A stretch of DNA of 64,000 nt, taken from Lingula anatina. Taxonomy: Eukaryota; Animalia; Brachiopoda. Shown here piece after piece: positions 51,441-64,000 of this stretch (the stretch's first letter is position 1; each line of letters begins with the position of its first letter). The notes beneath the pieces were generated by a model. That model ran no database searches. It was not told where the DNA came from and saw nothing but the letters and a program-made list of their open reading frames with translations. The position numbers were made by a program, and so were the translations under genes. The stretch lies in NCBI GenBank assembly GCA_051362555.1, contig CM120647.1, forward strand, positions 3,906,001 to 3,970,000, given 5' to 3'.

Positions 51441-52165
51441 GTTGGTCCTCTTATTACATAGGATTTTGATTTTAACGTCCGTTAAAGGCATAATAACTCT
51501 TCATATGAGATCTATATTTCATAGTAAAACCCTTGTGAATAACTCATAGAAATATGATATATTCTGTTTTACCACAGAAACAGCAGTTATAGCTTTTATT
51601 CTGATATCTGAACTTGTCTTTAGACCACGTGACCTCCATTGATGTCTATACTCTGTTAAAATCTCTTAAGAGATTTTAACAAAAAACCAAACTTTTTAGA
51701 AAAAAACCAGGGACTAACTTTGAACGTAAAAATGGATTCATTAACCATTGGTAAGTATGGGAAAATTGTTGTTTACTCCAGGAAAATTCATTTTTTGGCC
51801 GAAACGAAGAGTTATTATTGCTTTAAGCACTTTTTATTGTGCTTACCAAAAATCACACCTTTTGATTCCAACTGCTGCGCTCACCGCAATCTGTTAGCAG
51901 TTTGCTTATGTCTCAGGAGTTTTTGTCATTCGTCTTTTTCTAACTATTTCCAGTAGCCTACGCCTTATGGTCTAAATATAAATTTGAGTTAACTTTCGGG
52001 CTTATCGTTTTGCAACTATGGGTTAGGTACATTTCATTTGTTTTCTTCTGGAAATGTTTAGTAAAACATGATACCTGCCCATAGACTCACCAGGATTGAC
52101 AATAACACGAACAAATCTTCTCCGGGAAATTCTGTCAATATTCTGTTTATTATTTTTTTCTGCAG

Positions 52166-52852
52166 ATTCATGAAAAGTCATGTCGGACAAGACAATCCAC
52201 CATCCCCGATGCCGAGCTCAGAGAGGGGTCAGACAGAGGCGCAGAGAGGCACGAACAAACAATTTTCATGAAAGATGGTTTAAGACCGCCGGATCTAAAG
52301 AAGCAAATCCATGTACCTGAAAGTTTTGACCAAGAAGAGGAAAAGCTAATCACAACATTTCAGCGAATGAAAATCTCAACATTGGAAGGACTTGACAGCT
52401 AGAGCGGTGCTTCAAATTGGAAGATCACAGACTTTTTTCGCAAACGTCAGGATTCCCTTAGCGGTCGTCTCACCAGTCTTGACTCGCCCCCGTTCTATAC
52501 CAGTCCCCGCGGGTACAAAATGTGCTGTCGTATTTTCCTGGATGGTTCCGAAACTGGAAAGGGAACCCACGTTAGCATTTATTTCGTACTAATGCCCGGC
52601 CAGTTTGATGATCAGCTCCGTTGGCCATTCGGTCAAAGCATGTCCATTTCGTTAGTTGACCAGAAGGACACAGATCCGGCAGACATCACTATTAAATTCA
52701 TACCCGACCCATCAATTTCCAAGCGGCCGATATCAGACATGCAAGTCGTTGCAGGATATCCAAAATTCGTATCACTCCGCGAGTTATACGGCCACACAGA
52801 AACTACCTACGTCAAGGATGACGTGATGGTTATACGGGCAACTGTAGATTGA
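52166..52852 (+). CDS. TRAF: TRAF terminal exon: end of zinc finger, linker and MATH/TRAF-C domain; in-frame TAG at 52400-52402
   Basis: ttctgcag|IHEKSC...LEGLDS*SGASNWKITDFFRKRQ...SPPFYTSPRGYKMCCRIFLDG...THVSIYFVLMPGQFDDQLRWPF...YVKDDVMVIRATVD*. Confidence 0.9.
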
Positions 52853-55800
52853 AGCTCCCTATAGGTTAGAGCTGATCTTATGGTAACTGCCTTACATCTT
52901 GTTCACTTCATTTTGAAATGATACATTCCTATATACGTATAATTTGTTATGGCCGAATTCTTAAGCCTATTCATAACCCTTTTGATATCACCCAAAGTCT
53001 TGGAAGAGTGGGAGCTATTTACCTGCTGTCCGACGGTACCCCTCGCGGAATTGTAAAATCTACGGGAGACTGGATAAATTATGCAAATTTTGAACATACC
53101 TGTATTAAGCTATGTGAAATATGGCACTACAATCGGACCATAAAACACACTTCAGTTTCATATCTGGATACTAAACGAAAACATTACAGACTACGCATTA
53201 AAGGGACCAAAAAGTACGTTAAAGCGACACGTCGCTGGAGAGTCAAAACCAGGCCGAAAACTACCCTCTACGTATATATGCACGTGTGTTACGAATACAC
53301 AAAAATTTTAGAAGTGTAGCACCTTGGTATGCCGTAAACTTCTGTTAAAAATTTATTCTTTGCTCTGCTGCAGTATCACTCAGGATGATAACTGTACATA
53401 TTGTAACGGACTTTGTATCAACATTTGTAAAATATTTTCAAGTAATTTTAAAAGTTTTATACAAATAATGCCTTCACTGTAATGTTAACATTCTTTATTT
53501 TGCTGAAGTGCCTTGCTGGGGTAATATCATATTTTATGTATAAAAGTATATATGTAGCTAATTTAATCAAAATATGTTGTATTTACCAAATTCATATTGA
53601 TTTACTTGGTTATAATGTTTTTAATTAGCCAATGGATTCTTTTTTGAGCTTGCATGTCATTCAGGGGTAATGACAATTTAACGGATAATTGTACATTCTA
53701 ATTTACTTTGAATTACTTAACCTGTAATTGCATCTAACTTAATTTTGATAAGAAAATGATTGTACTTACATATCGATATACTGGATAAATTCGTGTAATT
53801 TATTTCTATACGTTTTTATTTGTGCCACAGACAGTGTAACAGCATGTTTATTTCACTATTATGCAAATGTTTGTAGTATCTAAAGGGATTTTATGTAGTT
53901 GACATTTTTTCGGATTTTCTTCGTTACTGTTATAGTGAGAAATAATGACAACGACGATCTGGAGCTTTCGAACGTTTATTCACTTACTCTCTCTTTATAC
54001 AACTCCAAAATATTTATACTCAATTTCTCCGTACTGATCACGCATTTACTTGTTTTCTTTTCCATTGTCTTTGCGTGATTACAAAATATTTTCTATTCGC
54101 ATGTTGCAAGTCACCATGCAACATTTCCTTATTAGGTAATCTCTAAGAGACTTGTTTTCAATTAGATATATCTAAAATATTATTTGGATTACTCATGCTT
54201 GGACCTTATCCAAAACTCAGTTATCATGTGATAAACAGTTGATCAAAATTAAAATATGAAATAAACCAATCACATGAACTGTTACTGACTTTGACCTTTT
54301 CCATCTTTTTCTGACTTTAAAGACATCTTCTACACTTGTTGACTTTTGATGAAACCTAACTTACACTCAATAACTCTCTATCCGTTTACTCTGTTGATTC
54401 CGCTTTAATCGTTATCTGTAATTAGTGAAAGTGTAAGTAATTTGCTTTACAACACTATTTAAACATCTTCATGTACTTCACAATGATAGTCTATAGTCTA
54501 GACGTATACAAAATAATAAAAAAATTAAGTGGGTCGGTACATGTGGCTTTAGTACATATAGTACAGTACAGTACAGTACAGTACACTATATGTCTGTACT
54601 GCGTAAACAGATAACATCCCCTTCTTTATTTTGCACATTGCACCATTGCAGTGAACTTAACATAGAAAATTATATCCTGACCTTATTTAAATTAAGGTAA
54701 TATTGTATTAAGGCTACTGTCGGGGATAGCCAAGAATCCTTGTTTAATGCCTAATTAAAGCTTTGAGTTGCCTATGGGGGGGAGGGGGGGGGTGCTTGCA
54801 AAACAGTGTTAACAAAATACCCTTCAAGCTTGAGGGCTACATGTATCTTTTACACATGAATTATGGCGTTACTTTATAAATAAATAACCTAGACCCTAAA
54901 ACATTATTTCAAGGTTTCCTGAGCTTTATGATGCACACTAACATGGGTAAAGTCTGGGGATAAGTAAGCCCAGCACCAGTGCTATATTAAATGGACACAT
55001 TTGGGATTAAGAAAGCCAAGAAATGCCGTATGGTGCATGTACCTACTGCTGTGTTCTAGTGCTAAAACTTCACAGGCTTTAAAACTATTATAAAAGTACT
55101 TAGTATTAAAAGTAAAAAAAAATATATATTTCAACCAACGTTTTCTTTGTATAAAATGTAAATTTCTTTTAAAACCGTGATAAGAGCCGTGGACCATAAA
55201 AATGGTGCAGCTATCACAGAACTCCTGTGACTATATTTTATTGCGATTCTGGGGAATCGGCTTCATTCTAATTTCTTAATTAATGTTTGTGTCTTTTATG
55301 TCTTATATTTAATTCACTTTGTTTATAACATCCGCCAAGGAGGTCATGTTTCACCTCTGTTTGTTTGCTTGTTTGTTTGCTCAGTACCCGCCTAAATCAA
55401 AAATAGATTTTTATTAATTTTTCAGGATATGTCGGAACTGTGTTAATTGAAAATAATTAGATTTTGGTGATCATCCATTAATTAATTAAGTAAGTAAGTA
55501 ATCAGTGCTTTTATTATTCGTTTTATTTTATTTTCTTATTGCTAACTCTCCGAAAAGTATTGTAGTTAACATAAAGGGAATCAGGTACACACACCTTTTT
55601 AACAAAAGGTTATAAATTAATTACTACCAGTTGAAACCCTCATGAGCAATTTATCCAGGAGAGAAACTTAGCAATTAAGTGTTATACCCCCGTGGGTTGT
55701 ACATGTACGGCACCGCGGGTATGTTTGCAATAAGACACAATTATTTCAGGCAGAGAAGGCCACTAAGTTCTGCGTAGTTTAGAAACCATGCCCGTCTGTT

Positions 55801-57307
55801 TTCCTTTTTGCTTTGCTGTGCATCCACCTTTGAGAGCCGTGCCTTTTGGGACCCTTTAATGATCTACTTTCATGAATTGTATACATAGTATTTTTGCAGA
55901 GGCAGTCTCCTAATTTTCATTTAAATAGCTTAGTAGATAAAAGTGATATAATGATAATAGATATTCTTTACGCTTTTGAAAATTCCCCCAGGTCCTATTT
56001 TCTATGTCGACATATTTTGCAAAGCTACTTTTTCCCCCGATTCGCACCTTTAAAACTATACAACTTCTCATACAAAAACGGGCGGATTTAGAGAAATTTA
56101 CTGGCAGTCTTCCAAATTTTCTTTGTTGATCCATCCTCCACTTTTGACCGTCTTCCGACAGAAAAAAAATAGATGCCCGTCACAGTAAAAAAATTGAATG
56201 TCTTCCGGAAGACACGTCAGTGGTGCATTCAGAAATAATCAGGAAGACATGGCTTCCTAAATGACTGACCGGTTATACAGAATTAAGTCATTTAATTAAA
56301 AATAAAATGAAACATTGAATTCAAGTGCAGAGATAGATCGAGAAATGTTGAGTGAATATGAGAATATTGCTTTTTAGGAAATTTCATTTTGGTTGGAGGA
56401 TCCCGTAAAGAGTACATTTAATTTAAATGACAATGTCGAGCATCAAGTCCTTTGAATGACCATTTTGCGTCATGTTCATGATAATTTGTTAAATTAATAA
56501 TCATAAAATATATTTCGATAAATAATGAGAATAATACCAGGAGCAATAAATAAATAAATGAAAAAATAAATAAGTAAATAATGTCACCCACCTTTTTCAA
56601 CAAGCGTCAACAGTTTACATCTCAAATTTACGTTCTTTTCTGAGCGCAAGCTTCTGCAGCTAAGCAGGCACAGCGTGAGTTACTCTAGCTCTTAGATACC
56701 TGTAGCAATACCTGAGGTAAACATCTCATGTTTTCTTCCGGGTTGAAAAAGAAAATGGGACCGTCGCCAAACCCAAGGACATGGAAATGCCTATAGTCAC
56801 CTTTGCGACAAATACCTGCATAATTAAGCTAAAGTGGATTGACAGAATGAGACCAATCGACTAAACACACTCCATGGATGACATACTAATGGTGGCGTTA
56901 TTTATCTCACGACATCTAGCGCGACAAAAATAGATTCTGTGGTGATGTACATGTAACTTACTAAAAATACCCCAACTAAAAATAATGAAAACAACCCACC
57001 AAACGGGGAGGAGACAAATCAAATATTCGTGTTGCACATAATAATCATTAAATTAATAATAATATCAAGAGGCGGGTACGAGAGTGCCGATGCTTTTCTT
57101 TTTTCACGTGTACCCATAAAACAATTTGTGGTTGATTAAAAGCATAGGTTATTCCGCTTTGGATGAATTTCGAAAGACAAAAGAAAAAAAAACATTGTTT
57201 TAGATGTACGTTTTTAAACAGACTTAATGCCTATTTATACTACCGGTAGGTCACGTTGCAGTTACACGTGTGCTTTTATATGTCATACGCATAAGATGTT
57301 TGTTTAA

Positions 57308-57853
57308 GAGCGCATTCTCAACGAATTAAGCCAGGCTTTACAAAGCCGGTGACCTAAAAATGGCGGACGTACATGAAAGAAAAACCGCCTAATCTTTTAA
57401 TAGTCTCTCCGCCTCTCACACGCCTCCCCACACGTCGTCCCTGCGGGGTACAGTAATTAAATCTCGGCTCCGAACATTAATATTTCCGTGAATATCTCTG
57501 GTGATATTATCTCCGTAGATAGTCGATTCATTGCTGCTCTACGGGCCAAATTATTCCTTTTTCGTCTCTGTTTTCAAAGATAATAGAACAGAAGAGCTTT
57601 TTTCCTTCGATCGCCTTCAGCCGCCACGCTTTCTTCACCACGAGTTTAACTGATGAGCATGCGCACTTAATATTTCTCAGGTAGCTTCCGCATGGCGAAC
57701 GGAGACGCGATTTAATTACTGTACCCCGCAGGGACGACGTGTGGGGAGGCGGAGAGACTATTAAAAGATTAGGCGGTTTTTCTTTCATGTACGTCCGCCA
57801 TTTTTAGGTCACCGGCTTTGTAAAGCCTGGCTTAATTCGTTGAGAATCCGCTC
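57308..57853. mobile_element. PIF/Harbinger (Tourist-like) MITE, 546 bp, long TIRs, TAA TSD
   Basis: TAA|gagcgcattctcaacg ... cgttgagaatccgctc|TAA; arms of about 150 bp; empty site tttgttTAAgaccc at about 43877 in unit A. Confidence 0.92.
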
Positions 57854-59511
57854 TAAGACCCAGGTGAATGTTATTTAGCAAGAAAGCCCTCGGAGATGGG
57901 TCGCTCCAGCTAAATTGAACGGGTTCTTAAACAAACATCTTAATAACCCCCTTACAGTTTGAGATGTCTGTCACGCCCAGTGAAGCTGTAATAGGGTTAT
58001 TAACTATCGCTTAACCTGAATGCAGTTTAGTGGGATCCCCTTTGGAGATGGTTCGATCCTTCTAGATTGATTTAGGTATGGGAATGAGGCCTTATATTTT
58101 GTCTCTAGAGGTAAAAGCTATATTCAACCGTTCTGGCGGCCCAATAAGTATGCACATTGTTGTCCTCGCACAAAGGGCAACTGGTTTAACCTTCCTTGTT
58201 CACAAATGGAAACAGCTCTATTCAGGTAATGTGGTATACTCGTTCAGAAATGAAATGTATTATGTTCAATAATACTGCAATACCACACTCATCCTATCTA
58301 AACACAAGATTTCTATGGCTTTTTATTTTATTGCTGTGTTTAGTTTTTTCTCGGGCTGAGGCAAGTTATCTTAACAGCCTGATATAACTGGCCATGATAA
58401 CATGGGATTAATCTACCAGTATTCGAGGTCCTCTTTTTTCAACGTTAAACTGTTTCATATGTTAATGCCTTTATTTAAGGTTTTGGAGTCACGGCAAGGT
58501 GTTTACTTATTTTTCAAACCTAACTAACCTAGCTAACCCAGTTACCTGACACCCTACAAATAGCAACAAATGAAGCAGTCAAATGGTCAATCAACAACAA
58601 AAGGACATTTACATTCTAAGAAAACCAAGGAAATTGCATTTGACTTCTCAAAGTCAGAGCATCAGCTTTCTCCAATATACATGTGTATGACGAAAAAGAA
58701 TGCTTCAAAAATGTACATTAGTAAACACAAAATTCACCACCTTTTACCAACACGAAGTGAACAGTTTTATAGGCTATACGAAGTTCCCAGCTATTTAAAG
58801 TGTCAAAGATAAGAACAGTGAGAGCCTCAAGGACCTTTATCCTCTGGGCCTTGTCAACTTTTCAGTAATTTTATGATTTAACTAAGTACATCCAAAGATT
58901 GGGATTCATAATTCGAGGTTAAAGTCGTCAATTTCTGCATTTGCACTTACAAATCTTAGGTTCAACTTCACAAACGCCTTACCCGTCTATAAGTTGAAAA
59001 TCCAAGACAGCAAAACAGGCGTGAGATTACGGCCGCAGGTGACACGTTTTTAAATATTTTATCAGTGTAGAAAGACTACACAACCGGCCTATGTTTAGGG
59101 TCGATTGCGTTCAGTTATTAAATGGGTTTATTTTATATGATATCACGTATAGGAGATACAGGAGATAATAATTGGCATCCATTTTGAATGATTAGTTTGA
59201 ATAAAAAGTTCAGTGGTGTCTATGAATACCCCCCCCCCCCGTATTATTCTCTGATACTCCCTGTAGCTGCGAGTATTATAAAAGCTACTGGCACCTACCC
59301 CAAAATCGGAGCTGCATGTATTATAAGAGGTTTAAAAAACCCGCTGATTTACGCAACAGAGGTTTGACCCAAATTACTTCTTAGTGTCAACAAATTCCCT
59401 ATTTATTTGAGATATCTGTTTTGTCAACATTAACGACATGCACATTCTTACGGCAAATTGAAAGTGCAAAGTCTATCTGCCCAAAAAAGGAATACATGCA
59501 ATATATCTGCC

Positions 59512-60326
59512 ATGTATTTTACAGATTCAGGCAAGAGCATTAGTGTAGAAGAGTTTAGGGAAATTGTACAACAAGAACAAAAAATTAGAGAAAAGAGCAT
59601 ATTAGAGATATACGTGGAGTTGGGATGGCAGGAGTACTGCGCTGATCTACGGGTTAGTGACGAGGAAAAAAGGGACTACTATCGCCAATTCCTCCTCGGT
59701 CGTGGGGAACTGTGCACTAACGTATTGCCATCTCAAGAATCACCTTCTGAAGAAGCCAGACAGGCGTGCAGTGCAGATATTGAAGAAGCTAAACAGGTGG
59801 CATTTCTTTTCTGGCAGCACCACTCGACGGACATGACAGGGAGAGAAGGCAGTGCGAAATCGGAAATTTTCGCGAGTTATACCCCGGGGCTTCCCAGTGC
59901 GGCGGAAACGTAGGCTATGAAGTAATGGTGTACAATAAAAACGAGCTTCTTCATCAAGTCACCACATTCATTGGAGTACACAGTAAAAAGGGACGTATTG
60001 TTATCGTGTTTGTAGGTCATGGGGGACCAGACGGGCAGATCACTCTGGCTGGAGAAAACTGTCCCCTGCAGGAGTACATTGACTGCGTTGACGAAGTGGC
60101 CAAGAACCTTCATCCGACCGTCCCTATCGATCTGATCAACGCCCAATGTTACGCCCATTTGGTGCCAACAGCAGGACATCCATCTGTTAACATAATACAT
60201 CTAAGTAACAGATATAATCCCGAGACGCATTCTTGGCAGTATTATGAGGTAGATTTCAGCTCCCACATGCCAAAATGGTGCATAATAGAACTACAAAGTT
60301 TTGCAAAGGCTGCTAAAGATAAACAA
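59512..60326 (+). pseudogene. Caspase-like protease exon, copy 5, with a 1-nt deletion near 59811
   Basis: ORFs 59458..59913 and 59925..60359 join if ttcTGG is read as ttcCTG, as in copy 4; GHG and AQCY are intact; CAA|GTAAGT at 60327. Confidence 0.8.
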
Positions 60327-62639
60327 GTAAGTCAGAGAACAATTGATCTAGTTCATTAGTATTTCAGTATTACGATTTAAGATACCACGCATCGGTAAGT
60401 CATTGCATCCCCTGAGGGCACGCATGCTTTTAGTCCGGACCCGTCTCGTACGTCGGTTCCACCGCTTGCTGCATTTTTGTAGAGCTTATCAAGCGCAACA
60501 CTGGGGATGGTGTCCGTTTTTTTAAAATTTAGTTACGATTTAAGAATTGCCCTTTATCAAAAAGTATACCTTCGTGAAGTTTAATGGCGAAAGAAAAATT
60601 GAAATGCTCCAAAACTGGCAGAAATACGCCCGTAATTATTATTGAACGTGAATAGGAAGTAATACATTGGCATGTGACCTAGAATTTTGACCTACTTTTC
60701 CCCACGATTTTATGTAATTAATTATCTATATAAATATTATGGTGATTTTCATATACTACACAGACCTACAAGTAAGCTTTCCGATAGTGCTGAGAAGTTA
60801 AACTTTTAGTATCATTCTAATGGGATATACGCAGCCGTTGCTTTTAAAAATTAAAACACTCTAATTAACAGAATCGAGAATACTTTTTGTTACATTTTGT
60901 AGAGCGTGTCAAGAGTGCAAGATGGGAATCCCTGCCTTCTTTGAAATGTATTTAGTATTCTTTTTATAGAGTATCATAAAAGCAAGGTGACATAAAGAAC
61001 TATATTTAAGAGATATATGTAGGACATATTTTCAACTGGAGCAGATTTCATTGTGAAGAACCACATTGTGGTTATACCTCAACAGTCACACATAAATAGT
61101 GTAATTATAACTAAATAATGAACTAATATACAAACAGGTTTATTTTAATGAATTAAAACATCTGCCGTTCTAAAATCTTTGTAAGTGACAAGTAATTACA
61201 TAATATCTCAACATATGATAAATAATTAACCATATTCCCATATGTATTTATGGTAATTTGACAAAAGATTTGAATAATATGAAACTATAAATATATAATG
61301 GTTTTATGGTTGACAGGTGTGTGAAAAGTATTCAAAATCAAGCTTTAACTGTTAATGATAACAGATCCCTGGCAGTTCTTCATTCTTAATTTAATCATAT
61401 GGCAAACGGCGGCCATGTTTGGATTTTTCAAAAATGTACAGAGAAAATGGACTGGAAACTAAGCAGATATATATTATAGGTGTAATAACGTTGTGGAAAA
61501 CAATGAGAATCAAACTAAATTAGTAAAATAACACTATTTCCCCCTAGGCACGCATTTATGTAGTTGAAACCCATAAATTCTTAAGGGAAATGGCAGCCAG
61601 TTTTGTTTTTTCTCAAATGCTGAAGGATACACAATTTGAGAAGCAATCTAAATTTGATAATGGGCATTTTATCTCCCTGGTTGTAATTGTTACACCCACA
61701 TAACTTCGGGATTGGCGACCGTCTTAGGTTTTTCACATTCCCAATGCCGGGATTCATTTAGGGGACTTCACAGAAAAGCACTGTGGTAAAATAGAAACTA
61801 ATACATGTAGTACTTTCCAATCAAACTGTAGATTGCCTGGATAGAGTGATATTCAAGGACTATAAGGTATACTAGTATATCGCAGTGGCACATATCGTGA
61901 GACAGTACTCCACAAAAATTGCTGCGAGGATATTCTTATGCGAGGTCGAACCCGGCCAATATAAAATTTTTAAATTCGTCTACCGTGTTTGGAGCGCTAG
62001 CTCTTTCTTTCTTGAAAGCGAGGCAATGGAACCAAACACTACGATGCAGTTTGTAATCTCGTCAAACTTGATATTTTTTAAATACAGATCATAGCACGAC
62101 ATACATGGATAGGCGATTCGCTAATTAATGTGGTATTCAATAATAATAATAATAATAAGTATAAAAAGCACGATATAAAATGCACAATATAATATAATAA
62201 TATGCCTAGCCAATTTATTAGCCTAATTGACATTTCTTTTAGAATTTAGAGTCTCGGCTGAGTATTTTGATACATAAGATAATTACACTAGTTTTAAAAT
62301 TCTCATGAGAATCAATTAAGCCAGCGGGATTGAACTAATGGCCCACAGGGCGGATAGAGAAATTCGATAACAAAGCCTTTGCAATAGTGCGATTTACTTA
62401 CATAAATAGGTTGGATGGTAATACAGATTACCGCCAAAATCTAAAAATGTGTTCCTTGACCCATTATCGAGATATACAGTTTCTTTAGTAGTTAAATGTA
62501 CTTAAATTGATTTATTTTCGTGACAATGCCGAATGTATACAAATATAATATATAATACAATAATGTGAATATATATGTAACGGCCCAGCCCTATGGGCTT
62601 ACAACGTCACCGGTTTTTAAACATTAATTATATAGCAAC

Positions 62640-62745
62640 TTCTTTCTGACCTGGAAGCAGTTAAAGAGAAACCTCGCCGTGCTTGTATGAAAGTCTGTAA
62701 AAAGCACCAGAGGTCTCTCTTTAACCTCCTCCAGGTCATGAAAGA
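62640..62745. repeat. Short hairpin or mini-MITE
   Basis: tctttctgacctggaagcagttaaagagaaacctc ... gaggtctctctttaacctcctccaggtcatgaaaga. Confidence 0.6.
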
Positions 62746-63258
62746 TAAGATCGCCCATTTTTACTTTTCACACCATTTTTTCCTGAAAATTTTTAAAAAT
62801 TGGACAATCGAATAAAAAAAAAATGATACTCATCTTCTACTTTTTTATCGTTCTAATTTTTTGTTAACAAAGCGGCCTGTTTCTACATAATGGAAGATCT
62901 CCTGATCTGAACTGAGCCATGATCGATCTTTTTCAAATAGCATCCAAATCTATCCATAAGTTAGTGTAAACTGTTTCTAACAGATAGACTTACAAACTAA
63001 AAACAAACTTCTTCGGCAACCACTTACAAGACCATTGCAATATAAAATTGTCAAAAACTATTCTTTATTACCTTTTTTAAATGGATTGCTGAAGAAAATA
63101 TATGACTTTCTATTCCTTTTGAAACCCGGATACACTTTACATCTCTCTCTCTCCAGTGCTATAAATGAAATAGGAAATAAATGAAAATGAAATAAATAAA
63201 ATAAGAAATAAATGAAATAAGAACCTGCTAATACGACGAATTATTATTTTTTCTCAAT

Positions 63259-63467
63259 GATAAAGATGCCAGTAAAAAGTCTATTACTTCGCCGTCGCCG
63301 CCAGAGGAGACGACACAGTTCGCTGGAAAAGGCTTTGCTCTTGCACTGTTTCCAGATACTGTTGACGAACGCTTCAAGTGTAAAACCTGCAAGTTGGTGC
63401 TGCGAGATGCGATGCAAGCTCCATGTGGACATAGACACTGTAAGACGTGTCTAGATGACTTCATTAG
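63259..63467 (+). CDS. TRAF: Second TRAF RING exon (unit B); the in-phase acceptor appears mutated
   Basis: GKGFALALFPDTVDERFKCKTCKLVLRDAMQAPCGHRHCKTCLDDFI|gtaac; tcaat|gat where unit A has tcaag|gac. Confidence 0.8.
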
Positions 63468-63703
63468 GTAACAAGAAGTATTTTTATGCCTTTCTGTCTG
63501 CCATATGGCCTATGTTTGTGTATCCGTACGAGTTTCCATTTATGCATATCAACTTTTCTGTCTCTAAGTCTATCTGCCTGTGTCACTGTGTTAGTCAGTT
63601 AGTGTGTCTGTCGTGTGTATAGGGGGTCTTTGTGAGTAAGCATACCCCCCTCAATCCGACAGTCATTCTGCCCCTATGTCAGGTAATCTGTTCATTGTTT
63701 CAG

Positions 63704-63764
63704 ATCTACCGATAGTCGGCGCTGTTCGGCCTGTCCAGAAGGCGCAGAAGGCGGTGAAATTCAG
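63704..63764 (+). CDS. TRAF: Second TRAF gene, RING-end exon (gene would continue beyond the window)
   Basis: tttcag|(R)STDSRRCSACPEGAEGGEIQ|gtacag; 61 nt, as in unit A. Confidence 0.85.
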
Positions 63765-64000
63765 GTACAGTACAGTTCCGCTTTTACTGAACACTGAGAA
63801 TAAAATCGGAGTCCAAGTGACTCCAAACTTGGATTCCAGCAGTGGTGCCTAAAATAACTCCCAGTTTGGTGGTGATCCGGATCAATAATCAATAAATAAT
63901 CAATAATAAAAAATCTATCATCAACACAACTCAAAAAGTTATGGACCGATTTTGAAGAAAATTTCAGGGTAGGTCAGAAATGGGTTATCTTAGAAGTGAT

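Larger units (their letters stand above)
55020..63800 (+). repeat. Segmental duplication unit B
   Basis: Colinear with 41560-49040; the offset grows from about 13.5 kb to 14.8 kb through indels and insertions. Confidence 0.92.

Noticed and set aside
52918-53319. 133-aa ORF just after the TRAF stop codon
   Set aside because: No recognisable motif or splice support; probably 3' UTR.

Overview
AT-rich animal (invertebrate-like) genomic DNA with spliceosomal introns, microsatellites and many decayed transposons: Tc1/mariner, PIF/Harbinger- and Kolobok-like MITEs, one ISL2EU element, and L2, RTE, RTE-X and Penelope retroelements. It is not prokaryotic. The host-gene content is a locally expanding family of about 270-285 codon coding exons with a caspase/legumain-type (clan CD) His-Cys signature (IVILFVGHGG...IDLINAQC[YH]). 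Copies lie at 6.1-6.7 kb (degenerate), 19.3-19.4 kb (5' stub), 26.7-27.6 kb (intact), 45.6-46.4 kb (intact) and 59.5-60.3 kb (frameshifted). All four long copies carry a GTAAGT splice donor at the same codon boundary. For the 45.6 kb copy, that donor joins in frame to four TRAF exons (RING, zinc finger, linker, MATH) that have no in-frame start codon before the RING. This predicts a caspase-like protease-TRAF fusion gene, and the unit is tandemly duplicated about 14 kb downstream. The 27 kb copy may instead splice to a short Cys-rich tail exon. Gene models are inferred by eye from splice signals and reading frame; no database search or RNA evidence was available.
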